From Parvularculaceae bacterium (lineage in GTDB: Bacteria; Pseudomonadota; Alphaproteobacteria; Caulobacterales; Parvularculaceae), in NCBI GenBank assembly GCA_021776475.1, contig JAJFFV010000004.1:437-64436 (forward strand): DNA of 64,000 nucleotides, written 5' to 3'. A model generated the notes under the pieces. That model searched no databases and was not told the DNA's origin. It saw only the letters and a list, made by a program, of their open reading frames with translations. Positions 38,580-47,960 of the stretch are shown piece after piece. The position numbers and the translations under genes are program-made. Within the stretch, counting starts at the first letter, position 1. Every line of letters begins with the position of its first letter.

Positions 38580-39887
38580 ATGACCACCACTGACTGGCTT
38601 GATTCGGCATTTGAAGCGATTGCGATTGATGATGAGGGCAGAGCCTGCCGAGACATTCCTGAGAGTGCCTGCCGCGAAGAGGCGGGGAATTTTTTTACGC
38701 ATGTCGGGGCACTGACTCTCTCGAAAAGTGCCGATAGTCTGGTTGATCCTAAGCTGGTCTTGAGTTGGCTGATGACTGCCATCGGGGCGCCTGCAGCGAT
38801 GATTGGGTTGCTCGTACCGATCAGAGAGGCAGGAGCGCTGTTGCCACAACTTTTCACCGCCGGCGCTCTGCGCCGTCTCGCGCAACGAAAATGGGCGTGG
38901 TCAATCGGCGCGCTGCTGCAAGGGCTTGCCGCGATCGGGATCGCCGTAGCGGCTTTAACACTTGAAGGGGCCATGGCCGGTTGGCTCATACTCGCTTGCC
39001 TTACACTCCTGGCTCTGGCGCGGAGTATCTGTTCTGTCTGTTATAAGGACGTGCTCGGTAAAACAGTTGACAAATCAAGGCGCGGGCGCGCTACCGGCCT
39101 TGCAGGATCTGTTGCAGCGGTGACTGCAATCACATTTGCCACGATTCTTACAGTCAATTGGGTTGACCGTTTCACCGTTGTGGTTGTGGCGATCATACTT
39201 GCAGGCGTCGCCTGGATTGCCGCGAGTGCTATATTTATCCGCCTGACGGAAGAACGCGGCGCAACAGAAGGTGGTAAAGCCGCCTTCGCTGCTGCTTTGA
39301 AAAATCTGAGATACCTCAAGACCAAGCCGCAATTACGCTTATTCATTATCGTTCGAGCACTACTCACTGCCACGGCATTGGCACCGCCATTCATGATCGC
39401 GGCTGCGTCAACCGAGGGCGCCGCATTTGGGCCATTAGGATTTTTGGTATTGGCATCGGCGAGTGCCGCACTCGTCAGCAGCTTCGTCTGGGGCCGTCTC
39501 GCCGATAAATCAAGTCGCCGTGTACTGATCCTTTCTGCGATAATATCAGCCATTGTATTAAGTATAACAGCTGGATTATCCTATACTGGCCTTTTGAGTA
39601 ACGCAGTTGCACTGCCGGTGCTGCTGTTCATTCTCATGATATCTTATCAGGGTGTGAGGCTCGGTCGCGCCACACATTTGGTGGATATGGCAGATGAAGA
39701 AACCCGAGCTGCCTTCACGGCGATTTCCAACACGATTATTGGTCTCATCCTTATCGCAGGAGCTTCATTCAGTGCTCTCGCTGCGATTACGGGTCCATCG
39801 ACAGTTCTGGCAGTAATGGGTTTTATGTGCATCCTGACCATACCTGCGGCATTACAGCTGGAAGAGGTTCAATTCCGAGATAAATAG
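38580..39887 (+). CDS. MFS transporter
   Basis: 435 aa, about 12 TM helices, with the N-terminal RACRDIPESACREEAGNFF stretch seen in one MFS subfamily. Confidence 0.65.
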   Translation: MTTTDWLDSAFEAIAIDDEGRACRDIPESACREEAGNFFTHVGALTLSKSADSLVDPKLVLSWLMTAIGAPAAMIGLLVPIREAGALLPQLFTAGALRRLAQRKWAWSIGALLQGLAAIGIAVAALTLEGAMAGWLILACLTLLALARSICSVCYKDVLGKTVDKSRRGRATGLAGSVAAVTAITFATILTVNWVDRFTVVVVAIILAGVAWIAASAIFIRLTEERGATEGGKAAFAAALKNLRYLKTKPQLRLFIIVRALLTATALAPPFMIAAASTEGAAFGPLGFLVLASASAALVSSFVWGRLADKSSRRVLILSAIISAIVLSITAGLSYTGLLSNAVALPVLLFILMISYQGVRLGRATHLVDMADEETRAAFTAISNTIIGLILIAGASFSALAAITGPSTVLAVMGFMCILTIPAALQLEEVQFRDK

Positions 39888-39957
39888 GGTGCGGACTCAA
39901 TTGATCCAGTACCTTGCCAATAATTGGGGCTGAATCTAAAAAATAGGTGGCAGGTTA

Positions 39958-40938
39958 CTAAGTTGATAGACTGATCATATACCCGAATAGGGCAAACAGC
40001 AAAACTGCCCAGACCAACAAGTTAATTCGGCTTGAGCGTTCCGCTGTTTGACGCTCGAGCCAACTCTGAGGCCGCACTCCTTTCCACAAGAATATGATTT
40101 GTGCAGAGAGAATAGTGCAGGTAATATTCAGGCCAAGCATTACAATCGCATTTAGAGATTCTTGCAGGTTGCCGCTAGCCAGGAACATTGCCGCTGCGAC
40201 TGAAGGGGGTAATAGGGCTATCGCGACCATGACCCCGACAAGGGCAGAAGAAAGCCGGCTCGTTACAGTCAACGCAGCTGCTGCTCCAGATGCCAGCGCC
40301 AGGGCGACCACAGGCCATCCAAGCACGGTCCGGTCAAGCATTTCACCGCTGGCAATATTGACTTCCATAAAATGTGCCAAGCCAAACGCAGTTACAAAGC
40401 CGATTGCAAACCCAATGAGAGCGGTTTTTGCCGAACGAACCATCAAAGAGAAGTCGCCGAGGGCAGCACCCAAAGTAAAGGCGAGAATTGGGCTGAGCAG
40501 CGGGGCAATAACCATTGCGGCAATGACGATCGCGACGCTGTCGCTATTTAGGCCTATTGCCGCAACGATGGTTGACAGAACCGTCAAAACGATAAAGTCA
40601 GTGTTGCACGTGCTTTCTTTTTGAATAGTCTGGAAAAGCTCTTCACGGTTGGCAGTTTTGAGGGACTTTTCCGCAGGGCCAGTGACGGTCTCTTCAATTC
40701 GGGGAAGCGTCGCTTCTACAGGCAGGACCACCACGCGCCAGTCGTCAGAACCAGTGAGCACATTTTGCAATTTGTCGAGCAAATTTTGCGAAATAGTATC
40801 ATCAATCAGAATTTCGATAGATTTGCCAAACCTGCCGGACATTGTATCAACCGACCAGTCAATCGGCTCGGCTTCAGCCACAACCGCAATGACCGCTTTT
40901 TCACTTGAGTCCTGGAAATAGGCCTGTATGAGCCGCAT
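39958..40938 (-). CDS. DUF389 (TIGR00341-like) membrane protein
   Basis: Soluble N-domain (MRLIQAYF...VVVLPVEATLP) followed by about 6 TM helices. Confidence 0.6.
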   Translation of the reverse strand: MRLIQAYFQDSSEKAVIAVVAEAEPIDWSVDTMSGRFGKSIEILIDDTISQNLLDKLQNVLTGSDDWRVVVLPVEATLPRIEETVTGPAEKSLKTANREELFQTIQKESTCNTDFIVLTVLSTIVAAIGLNSDSVAIVIAAMVIAPLLSPILAFTLGAALGDFSLMVRSAKTALIGFAIGFVTAFGLAHFMEVNIASGEMLDRTVLGWPVVALALASGAAAALTVTSRLSSALVGVMVAIALLPPSVAAAMFLASGNLQESLNAIVMLGLNITCTILSAQIIFLWKGVRPQSWLERQTAERSSRINLLVWAVLLFALFGYMISLST

Positions 40939-41217
40939 GATATTCCTACACTAGTTGAAACAAGTCGTCCGCTGTTTCGGTCGGTTTGTCAGCTTGTATT
41001 TGGCATGGGATTGAGACCAGTATGATCCGCAAAACCTGTTCAGAAACTGGGTATTTCATCTGAACAGCTACTCATTGTCTCCTTAGAATAGAGGTAGAAT
41101 ATACCTCCTAAGCCCACGGCGCTGACACCAAACAAATAATCGGGATTAAATTCATTCCTTCACTCGTCTATTCCATGTGCACATTCTGTCACACAATGCT
41201 TTGAACGGAGATTTGAG

Positions 41218-41595
41218 ATGAAATCGATCATTTTAACGACGGCTGCAATCGCTAGTCTGGCTACAAATCCGGCGGCCGCCCAAATCGGCATCAACTTAGG
41301 CACGAAAGCTGACATCAATACGGCGGTCAATCTGCGCATCGGTGATCCCTATACGTATAGAACGTCTGAACGGGGAGAGATGCGAACCTATTATTCTGGT
41401 CGCTGGTATTCATATGAAGAGCCGCGCCACGAATATGTTTATGATACCCGCTATGGCGGCTATGATTGTTACAACCGCTTTTCCTATTCGTGGGATGATG
41501 GCAGACGCGCTCGCTTTGAAGCCTATTGGTGCTTTGACGACCGCGGGCGTGAATACGAGGTAAAGGAATCCCGTGTTATCGTCCGCATTGACTAA
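41218..41595 (+). CDS. small secreted Tyr/Arg/Asp-rich protein
   Basis: Signal MKSIILTTAAIASLATNPAAAQ. The mature part is rich in Y/R/D/E and has two Cys. Confidence 0.5.
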   Translation: MKSIILTTAAIASLATNPAAAQIGINLGTKADINTAVNLRIGDPYTYRTSERGEMRTYYSGRWYSYEEPRHEYVYDTRYGGYDCYNRFSYSWDDGRRARFEAYWCFDDRGREYEVKESRVIVRID

Positions 41596-41649
41596 GGCAC
41601 CTTACTATGTGGGATCATGCCCTTGAGCGGCAGGTTCCACTAGGACCAT

Positions 41650-42975
41650 TCATTTGGACCCGATCAGGCCGTGACCAAATGTCTCGTCGCGGCCTGTTTT
41701 TCCAAGATCAATGGCTTGGCTCAATAGAGAGCCATATGCCTCTGATACACTGGCGCCTTTGCCCAATCGCTCCTGCAAAACAGAGGCTGCGACAACAGGT
41801 GCTGCAAGCGATGTCCCCGTTTCCCGGCCATACTCTCCACCTGATCTTGCTGTCAGCACGGATACGCCTGATGCAGAGAAATCAACATGGTTCCCCTGAT
41901 TGGCCCAGCGATAAACATTGTGATCACTATCGACAGCGGTGACGGCAATCACACCCTCATACGCCGCTGGAAAAAGAGGCGGCGCCGATGGCCCCTCGTT
42001 GCCGACAGCAGCGACAATAGTGATACTTTGTTGCCTCGCATTTGCTATAAATGCTTCGAGGACAGTGTTTGGTGGTCCAGCAAGGCTCATATTTATCACT
42101 GTGACATTCTCGGAAATCAGCCAGTCCAGCGCCCTGATCAGGCTTAAGGTGGTTGCTCCTTGAGAATATTGGTCCCGCTCGTAAAAAACTGAAGCGGAAT
42201 ACAGTGTCACATTTGGGGTTAGTGCGGCGAGGTTTGGACCTTTGCCGACAAACCTACTGGCAACGGCGGTTCCGTGGTTGTCGGGGCGTTTTACATCTTC
42301 TGTGATAAAGTCTTGCTCTATTAGTGATCGGCCTGAAAAGGCGGGATGCGCTGTATCGACTTTTGTGTCGATCATTCCGATCTTTCCTAACCCCTGATAA
42401 ATAGGTCCATCGCCATCTCGCTGTTCTATTTGCAACTTCTCAAATCCTTGCGGACTGTAAATATGATTGCGATCCAGCATTTGAGATTCTGCGGCAGGGA
42501 TAACGGCGATCAACGCGTCATAAGAGTCACGATCTGCAGGCACGCGAATTCGCAATAAACTTTGTGCCGTTGATCCAAAGCCCTCGCGTGACAGGATTTC
42601 GATCCCCAATCCTTCAATGTCGGTAACTTGGCGGGGTGACAAAAGGAGCAACCATTCCCGCTCAACGGCTCGCCAGCCATTCTCAACTTCGACTTCTACA
42701 AACGCAGTAGCGCCAGAAAGGGTCGGAACACTAAAACTGCCTGCTGCAATGTCGACAGTTTCTTGAGCCGTAGCCTCCAGGGTGTTCAGCGCGGAACCTG
42801 GCAGTTTTGCTTGCAACGGCCGCTCTAGGTCCGTTTCAACCTGACGGGATAAGTCTTCGACGACGGGTACGCCAAGTTGTGGCCCCAGCAACTGTGCATT
42901 TGCACTGCCGGCGAGGTTAGCGCTGAACAGCACCGCCATGAATAGTGTCTTTCTTACGTGGCTCACCAGAAACAT
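41650..42975 (-). CDS. secreted subtilisin-like S8 serine protease
   Basis: Triad strings GMIDTKVD, DNHGTAVAS and GTSLAAPVVAA. Signal peptide ...FSANLAGSANA. Confidence 0.85.
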   Translation of the reverse strand: MFLVSHVRKTLFMAVLFSANLAGSANAQLLGPQLGVPVVEDLSRQVETDLERPLQAKLPGSALNTLEATAQETVDIAAGSFSVPTLSGATAFVEVEVENGWRAVEREWLLLLSPRQVTDIEGLGIEILSREGFGSTAQSLLRIRVPADRDSYDALIAVIPAAESQMLDRNHIYSPQGFEKLQIEQRDGDGPIYQGLGKIGMIDTKVDTAHPAFSGRSLIEQDFITEDVKRPDNHGTAVASRFVGKGPNLAALTPNVTLYSASVFYERDQYSQGATTLSLIRALDWLISENVTVINMSLAGPPNTVLEAFIANARQQSITIVAAVGNEGPSAPPLFPAAYEGVIAVTAVDSDHNVYRWANQGNHVDFSASGVSVLTARSGGEYGRETGTSLAAPVVAASVLQERLGKGASVSEAYGSLLSQAIDLGKTGRDETFGHGLIGSK

Positions 42976-43100
42976 CCTTCGAAATTCCAATAAATTGGCT
43001 CTCATACTATACCAACGGTTGGTGTTTAAGAAAAATCCTGATTTTCGGGATTAATTCCGGAGCCGAGGCGTCAATAAGACAAGAAACGAGGAAAAACGTC

Positions 43101-43592
43101 GTGCAAAAAGAGATGATCGCGCTACTGCCAGCCATTAGGCGGTTTGCCTACTCTTTGACAGGGTCGGTGCATGATGCAGATGACCTTCTACAGAGCACTG
43201 TTGAGCGTGTGTTGGCGAAAGGTGTCCCCGACGATGTTGATTTAAAAAAATGGATGTTCCGCGTATGCAAGAATATTTTTATCGATGACTATCGCGCACG
43301 AAAAGTGCGCTTGAAGGCGGCAGAACAACCGGAATTGCGCGAAGCAAGTGTAGTTGACGGCGAATCGATTGTTCAGGCACACATCAGACTTAAAGAGGTT
43401 CACGCTGCCATGGCCGAACTTCCCGATGATCAGCGAACAGTAATCTCGATGGTCGCGATCCAAGGTCTTCCTTTCAAGGAAGTCGCAGAAATTTTGGAAA
43501 TACCCTTAGGAACGGTCATGAGTCGATTAGGACGGGCCCGCGCATTCTTAACTTCACGATTTAAACAACAACCCGAACGGAGCCCAGCATGA
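43101..43592 (+). CDS. ECF-type RNA polymerase sigma-70 factor
   Basis: Region 2 (DADDLLQSTVERVL...WMFRVCKNIFIDDYR) and region 4 (LPDDQRTVISMVAIQGLPFKEVAEILEIPLGTVMSRLGRAR). GTG 43101 or ATG 43113. Confidence 0.85.
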   Translation: MQKEMIALLPAIRRFAYSLTGSVHDADDLLQSTVERVLAKGVPDDVDLKKWMFRVCKNIFIDDYRARKVRLKAAEQPELREASVVDGESIVQAHIRLKEVHAAMAELPDDQRTVISMVAIQGLPFKEVAEILEIPLGTVMSRLGRARAFLTSRFKQQPERSPA

Positions 43593-44332
43593 CTATCTCA
43601 GATGAAAAACTTTCGTCGTTTCTGAACGGCTCGCTGCCGGAAGATGAGATGGCGACAATTCGGACATTGCTGAACTCCGATGAAGGTCTAATGAAACGGT
43701 TAGAGCAAATGTCGCAAACCGATGAAATCTTGATCAAGGCCTATAGTAAGATTGATGATCTGCCGCTGCCATCTGACCTACAAGCGCGTATCGACGCGAG
43801 CCTTCACTATACAAATAAAAGTTCTCGGTCAAAACTGTCTTTAATTGATCAGCTGCACTTATTTTTGAAACAACACGCGGTTGCAGCAACAAGTCTAGCG
43901 CTGGTCGCGGGAATAGGCGTGACACAAGTGTTGACCACAGAAGGCGTCAGCAACGTTCCGTTTGGCCAAACCGAAATCGCATCAGTACTTGAAGCATCTG
44001 TTAGTGGGCAACCGTATGAGCTCACGGATGGCACGACACTCGCTCCGCGTCTAACCTTTACCAATGTGGACGGTAATTATTGTCGTCAGTTCAATCTGGC
44101 TAGTGATACCACCGCATCTCAAAACATAGCTTGTCGGAACGAAAATGAATGGCAGCTTGTGGCGACTTTTTATTCAGGGACTGGTATTGGTGAGGCACCT
44201 TATCAGACCGCCTCGGGCGGCACCGCTCTTGATTTTATTATCGATGGCATAATTTCCGGTGGTCCGCTCTCAAAAGATGAGGAATCCATTGCTATTGGGT
44301 CAAAGTGGAACAAAAGCATTCAACAGCAGTAA
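43589..44332 (+). CDS. single-pass anti-sigma factor
   Basis: ATGA overlap with the sigma gene. N-terminus LSSFLNGSLPEDEMATIRTLL, TM helix AVAATSLALVAGIGVTQVL, periplasmic C-domain. Confidence 0.6.
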   Translation: MTISDEKLSSFLNGSLPEDEMATIRTLLNSDEGLMKRLEQMSQTDEILIKAYSKIDDLPLPSDLQARIDASLHYTNKSSRSKLSLIDQLHLFLKQHAVAATSLALVAGIGVTQVLTTEGVSNVPFGQTEIASVLEASVSGQPYELTDGTTLAPRLTFTNVDGNYCRQFNLASDTTASQNIACRNENEWQLVATFYSGTGIGEAPYQTASGGTALDFIIDGIISGGPLSKDEESIAIGSKWNKSIQQQ

Positions 44333-44355
44333 ATAATTACAAAAGGAGTAACGAC

Positions 44356-44874
44356 ATGAAACTTATTATCACAGCATTAGTTCTCATTCTGACGATTACC
44401 GCTTGCGCGACACCTTCTGCTTACAGACCAGCAAGCGGTTCTGGGTACGGGTACTCAGAAAGCCGAATTTCAAATGAGCGATACCGCGTGGTTTATGAAG
44501 CGCGTGGTGATAATCGCGGAGAAGCAATGGACTATGCAATGTTGAGAGCCGCAGAGCTGACCATGCAAAAAGGCTTTGACTGGTTTGAAGTTGTTGACCG
44601 GCAAACCGAAGTTGTCCGTGAAAAAAGTGATCCTGACTTTGGTTTCGGTGCATCGACGCAAACAACAACGACCAGGAGCTGTGGTCTTCTTGGATGCTCG
44701 ACTACGACCAGGCCGACATATGGCTCTAGCGCAGCTATAAGTACTGGCGTTGATCGCGAACGGATCGTTTCCATGATAGAGATTCGGATGGGTCGAGGCA
44801 TCCGTCCATCAACGCGGAGCACATACGATGCAAGAGAGGTTGCAGGCAACCTGCGTGCTCAGCGTATAAACTAA
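44356..44874 (+). CDS. CC0125/CC1285-family-like lipoprotein
   Basis: AAGGAG 8 nt upstream of the ATG at 44356. Lipobox LTITAC. ...YRVVYEARGDNRGEAMDYAMLRAAELTMQKGFDWFEVVDRQTE. Confidence 0.6.
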   Translation: MKLIITALVLILTITACATPSAYRPASGSGYGYSESRISNERYRVVYEARGDNRGEAMDYAMLRAAELTMQKGFDWFEVVDRQTEVVREKSDPDFGFGASTQTTTTRSCGLLGCSTTTRPTYGSSAAISTGVDRERIVSMIEIRMGRGIRPSTRSTYDAREVAGNLRAQRIN

Positions 44875-44904
44875 GTCTGCACCGCACCCTTGTCTCTTGC
44901 TTCA

Positions 44905-44940
44905 GGCCGGTCGTGTCCTCCCTCACGGCCGGCCTTTTTT
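44905..44940 (+). terminator. rho-independent terminator
   Basis: GGCCGGTCGTG / CACGGCCGGCC stem (11 bp, 1 mismatch), 8-nt loop, then TTTTTT (44935..44940). 30 nt after the lipoprotein stop. Confidence 0.7.
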
Positions 44941-45076
44941 CAAACGGGACACTTGCAGCGTTGGTCAGACTTCGTTTTAAAAACAACAACATGGTTGGAA
45001 GGGCAATTCTACTCCATCTATAGAAGACAGAATTTACGCTAAAGGTAGCATCCGACTGGACGATTGTTACTTGGTC

Positions 45077-46792
45077 CTATCGGTCGCGCCGCAATAAAAT
45101 CAACAGCCGCGCTTCCTCTTCGGCATCGCGGGGATCAACGCTATCTTCAAAAGCGCTCCAGCCGAGATAGGCACCGGCATACATTGACAGCTTTTGATCA
45201 AATCTACCGAGCGGTGTCCACTTCCTCAGAATTGCATCAGAAATATCGGCCTCGAATTTCAGGCTCAAATCGTGGTTTCGAAAATCATATTCATCACGTA
45301 GATATTGTCCGCTGAAATCATATGCATCGAATTCTATCGTGATGTCCGGAAACTCCTCAAAGTCCCTCGAAAAAGAAACACCGGCGCTGAACTCACGTTC
45401 GATACTTTCAGGGCTAAGCCTGAGCGTTCGTCTGGCATCACTCATGTTCAAGTATAATGAAAGGTCCCACTTGTCGAAAAAGATTTCCTGGATAATATCG
45501 ATGCCAAAATCCGCCTGTTGATCAAGGCCCGCTCTATCGCCATCCGGCACATCAGTACGCGTTGTTTTGTAAACGTACAGATCTGTCAAATATCGGTCAC
45601 CCCCCTTGCTGAGCCCAATTCCGAGCGATTGTTGGCTTGCGCCCGGGCTACTGAAAAGAGTTTGCTGCAGGGCAGATCGTTGTGAAACGCCGAGCGTCAG
45701 ATCATCTGGTAACCACGCGGCCGCGTCTCCAACAAATGGCGCCAGATTTATGGAGACCCGCGCCTTGGCAATATCATCCGCATAATAAACAGACACGTCA
45801 TCCTGGGCCAGTTCCTGCGAAATCGTTCCCTTGAATTTCATCCAGGTATTTGCAAACCGGAACACATTTTCATCATAACTAAAATATTCATCCCGGTGAG
45901 TATCTTTTTCGATAGAAAACTCTGTGTCCCCGGTGCTTAGCCGACCAACCGCATTAATGTTCTCACCCTCGAAATAAACCTCTGCAAACGGATCTGATTG
46001 TGCATTTCTGAAATTTTGCCCTGCATTGGTGTAATGAACACTCACATCAGCGGTGAAGTTTTCGGTTTTTATCAGCGACAGATCCAGCTTTTGAGAAAAG
46101 GCTGTTCCACGCCGGTCGGTCTCGCGAAATAGTGGTTCGTATATCCACAGCGCCGGGTCATCGGTGAAATGAGTCGCGAACCTAGATTCGGCGCTCGCGA
46201 TCCCCAGCGCAAACTTTAACTTATTATCCGGATCACTGATCGACAGCGATCCGTCGATGACGCCATTCTCGCTCCAGCGCTCAAACGCACCCAGCCCAAC
46301 ACCGCCGCGCGACGAAGCGATTGGATGCCTCGTATCGAAAATGCCTAGTGAAACCTGAGACGTGAGGACATCATCGTGATTCTTCTCGAATACAGCATCA
46401 ATTTCGCTTCGCCAGGCTGCGTCCGCGCCAAGCCCGCCTGATGCAATTTGCTTTTTGCTTGCTACAGTGTCAGCACCGACACGATAGACCTGCGACAAAG
46501 TGAATTGATCGTCGCCTGACTTCAGCGTGGCTCTATTTTGTGATTTTACTGTGCGAATAATTGCATCTCGACCGGGAACGCGTGATGGCGATATCTTGTC
46601 GTTCTGTTCCCTCGCAGAGGTGTAATCAATATTTATTCCCAGGTCATGGAATCCCACAAGTCCGTCTGCCGTATAGCTTTCGGACTTGCGGTATTCTTCG
46701 TTGTCGGCGTTCGGACTGCTTTCGCCTGCCACCGCCGGAGTGAGCATCATCGGTAAACAACAGCACACCAACGAGCGCAGTTTGTTGTTCAT
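45077..46792 (-). CDS. large secreted, beta-rich protein (possible outer-membrane protein)
   Basis: Signal MNNKLRSLVCCCLPMMLTPAVAG. Long stretches of alternating polar/aromatic residues. No canonical C-terminal Phe. Confidence 0.45.
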   Translation of the reverse strand: MNNKLRSLVCCCLPMMLTPAVAGESSPNADNEEYRKSESYTADGLVGFHDLGINIDYTSAREQNDKISPSRVPGRDAIIRTVKSQNRATLKSGDDQFTLSQVYRVGADTVASKKQIASGGLGADAAWRSEIDAVFEKNHDDVLTSQVSLGIFDTRHPIASSRGGVGLGAFERWSENGVIDGSLSISDPDNKLKFALGIASAESRFATHFTDDPALWIYEPLFRETDRRGTAFSQKLDLSLIKTENFTADVSVHYTNAGQNFRNAQSDPFAEVYFEGENINAVGRLSTGDTEFSIEKDTHRDEYFSYDENVFRFANTWMKFKGTISQELAQDDVSVYYADDIAKARVSINLAPFVGDAAAWLPDDLTLGVSQRSALQQTLFSSPGASQQSLGIGLSKGGDRYLTDLYVYKTTRTDVPDGDRAGLDQQADFGIDIIQEIFFDKWDLSLYLNMSDARRTLRLSPESIEREFSAGVSFSRDFEEFPDITIEFDAYDFSGQYLRDEYDFRNHDLSLKFEADISDAILRKWTPLGRFDQKLSMYAGAYLGWSAFEDSVDPRDAEEEARLLILLRRDR

Positions 46793-46862
46793 GCCGAATT
46801 TAGCACACCCATTCATTGGTATCCAAGATCTTCCCACTCAGGGCAACGGTTAGGTTACTGAA

Positions 46863-47162
46863 TTAAGAATTAGCGTTGGTGCGAAGAAATTTTATGCACT
46901 GACCTTGGTTTTTGAACCCAAACAGATCAAGTAGTCCCTGTTTTCTGACACTCTGACATGCCTTTGCTGCGCCTGAGCCGCCTCTATTTACGACGTTCAA
47001 ACAAGCGCCAATAGAATCAAATAATCCAAATTCAACCGCACCTTGGCAGAATTGTTCGTTTGTCGATGGTGGCAGGTGCGCAGCGCTTGCAGTTTGCATG
47101 CTGACTACCGGTACACTGGCTGCAAAAACCAGAGCGGCGATTACCATTGATGTCTTTTTCAT
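46863..47162 (-). CDS. small secreted 4-Cys protein, paralog A
   Basis: MKKTSMVIAALVFAASVPVVSMQTASAAH signal. Conserved FC, GAC, C and GQC positions shared with 47304..47591. Confidence 0.55.
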   Translation of the reverse strand: MKKTSMVIAALVFAASVPVVSMQTASAAHLPPSTNEQFCQGAVEFGLFDSIGACLNVVNRGGSGAAKACQSVRKQGLLDLFGFKNQGQCIKFLRTNANS

Positions 47163-47191
47163 AACTTCCTCCTGAAAATGTTTCAACTCAA

Positions 47192-47224
47192 GCGGCACAT
47201 AATCCGTGGCGGATTATGTGCCGC
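47192..47224. other. perfect 15-bp stem / 3-nt loop hairpin (GCGGCACATAATCCG-TGG-CGGATTATGTGCCGC)
   Basis: Read directly from the sequence. Lies 30 nt upstream of the paralog A start codon. Confidence 0.85.
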
Positions 47225-47263
47225 GGCCGACAGCGACCGACTTAACTCAACTAGTTGGTTGTT

Positions 47264-47295
47264 TACATGACCATCTGAAAGCAGATGGTCATGTA
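47264..47295. other. perfect 14-bp stem / 4-nt loop hairpin (TACATGACCATCTG-AAAG-CAGATGGTCATGTA)
   Basis: Read directly from the sequence. Lies 9 nt downstream of the paralog B stop, with no U-tract following on the minus strand. Confidence 0.85.
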
Positions 47296-47303
47296 CATAT
47301 AAT

Positions 47304-47591
47304 TTATGAAGTTAAATCGCGTAAAATCTTGAGGCATTGGCCCCTATTCTTTGCTTCTATAATATCCAAAAGGTCTCGATCTATCAAAATCTGGCAAATG
47401 TTCTTCAGATTACGATCTTTCCCGCTGAAATTGCTCATGCATGCACCCATGGTGTCGAACCCGCCGGCATCTACCGCTAATCTGCAGAAATCTCGGGTTG
47501 CTTTATGAGCAGCGCTTGCGGATTGCACGGTGAGGACCGGCATTACGGCCGCAAGTGATAAGGCAGCAATAACCATTGAAGTTTTTTTCAT
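47304..47591 (-). CDS. small secreted 4-Cys protein, paralog B
   Basis: MKKTSMVIAALSLAAVMPVLTVQSASAAH signal. ...DFCRLAVDAGGFDTMGACMSNF...NICQIL...NRGQCLKILR. Confidence 0.55.
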   Translation of the reverse strand: MKKTSMVIAALSLAAVMPVLTVQSASAAHKATRDFCRLAVDAGGFDTMGACMSNFSGKDRNLKNICQILIDRDLLDIIEAKNRGQCLKILRDLTS

Positions 47592-47786
47592 AACCATTCT
47601 CCCATTTCTGTTACAGGAAGGTTGTCGTTCAGTCTACGGTTATAGTCAAGCATATTATGCGTATAGGGAACATTAAATCTACAGTACACATGTAGTAAAA
47701 ATTAAGTACAGAAAACACCCTACACGATTTTATCTCGTGAATTTGTAATTAATGACAGCCGGATGCGTCCGACCAATATCTCTGAA

Positions 47787-47814
47787 CCTCCCCTTCAAAA
47801 CCTCCCCTTCAAAA
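47787..47814. repeat. 2 x 14-nt perfect tandem repeat CCTCCCCTTCAAAA
   Basis: Read directly from the sequence, in an AT-rich intergenic region. Confidence 0.9.
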
Positions 47815-47960
47815 GAACATAAACCTACCGCGATATGTCTTCAGAACAAATATTCGCACAAATATTAATGCCAAATTTGATTTAGATCAACCCAACGCCA
47901 CGTGAAGCGAGGCTCGTATAAAGATGGAATCCCCAAACCAGATACAAGCATGGTGAGTGC

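Noticed and set aside
37705-38989. 216-aa plus ORF (37705..38355) and 191-aa minus ORF (38414..38989)
   Set aside because: The first is antisense to the ZntB-like gene and the second antisense to the MFS gene. Both are Ser/Ala/Arg-rich with no recognisable domain.
39041-40624. 170-aa and 176-aa ORFs antisense to the MFS and DUF389 genes
   Set aside because: Same reasoning: Ala/Arg/Ser-rich shadows of membrane-protein genes.
47787-47814. Tandem 14-nt repeat considered as a possible CRISPR or minisatellite
   Set aside because: Only two directly abutting copies, with no spacers and no cas genes. Recorded only as a simple tandem duplication.
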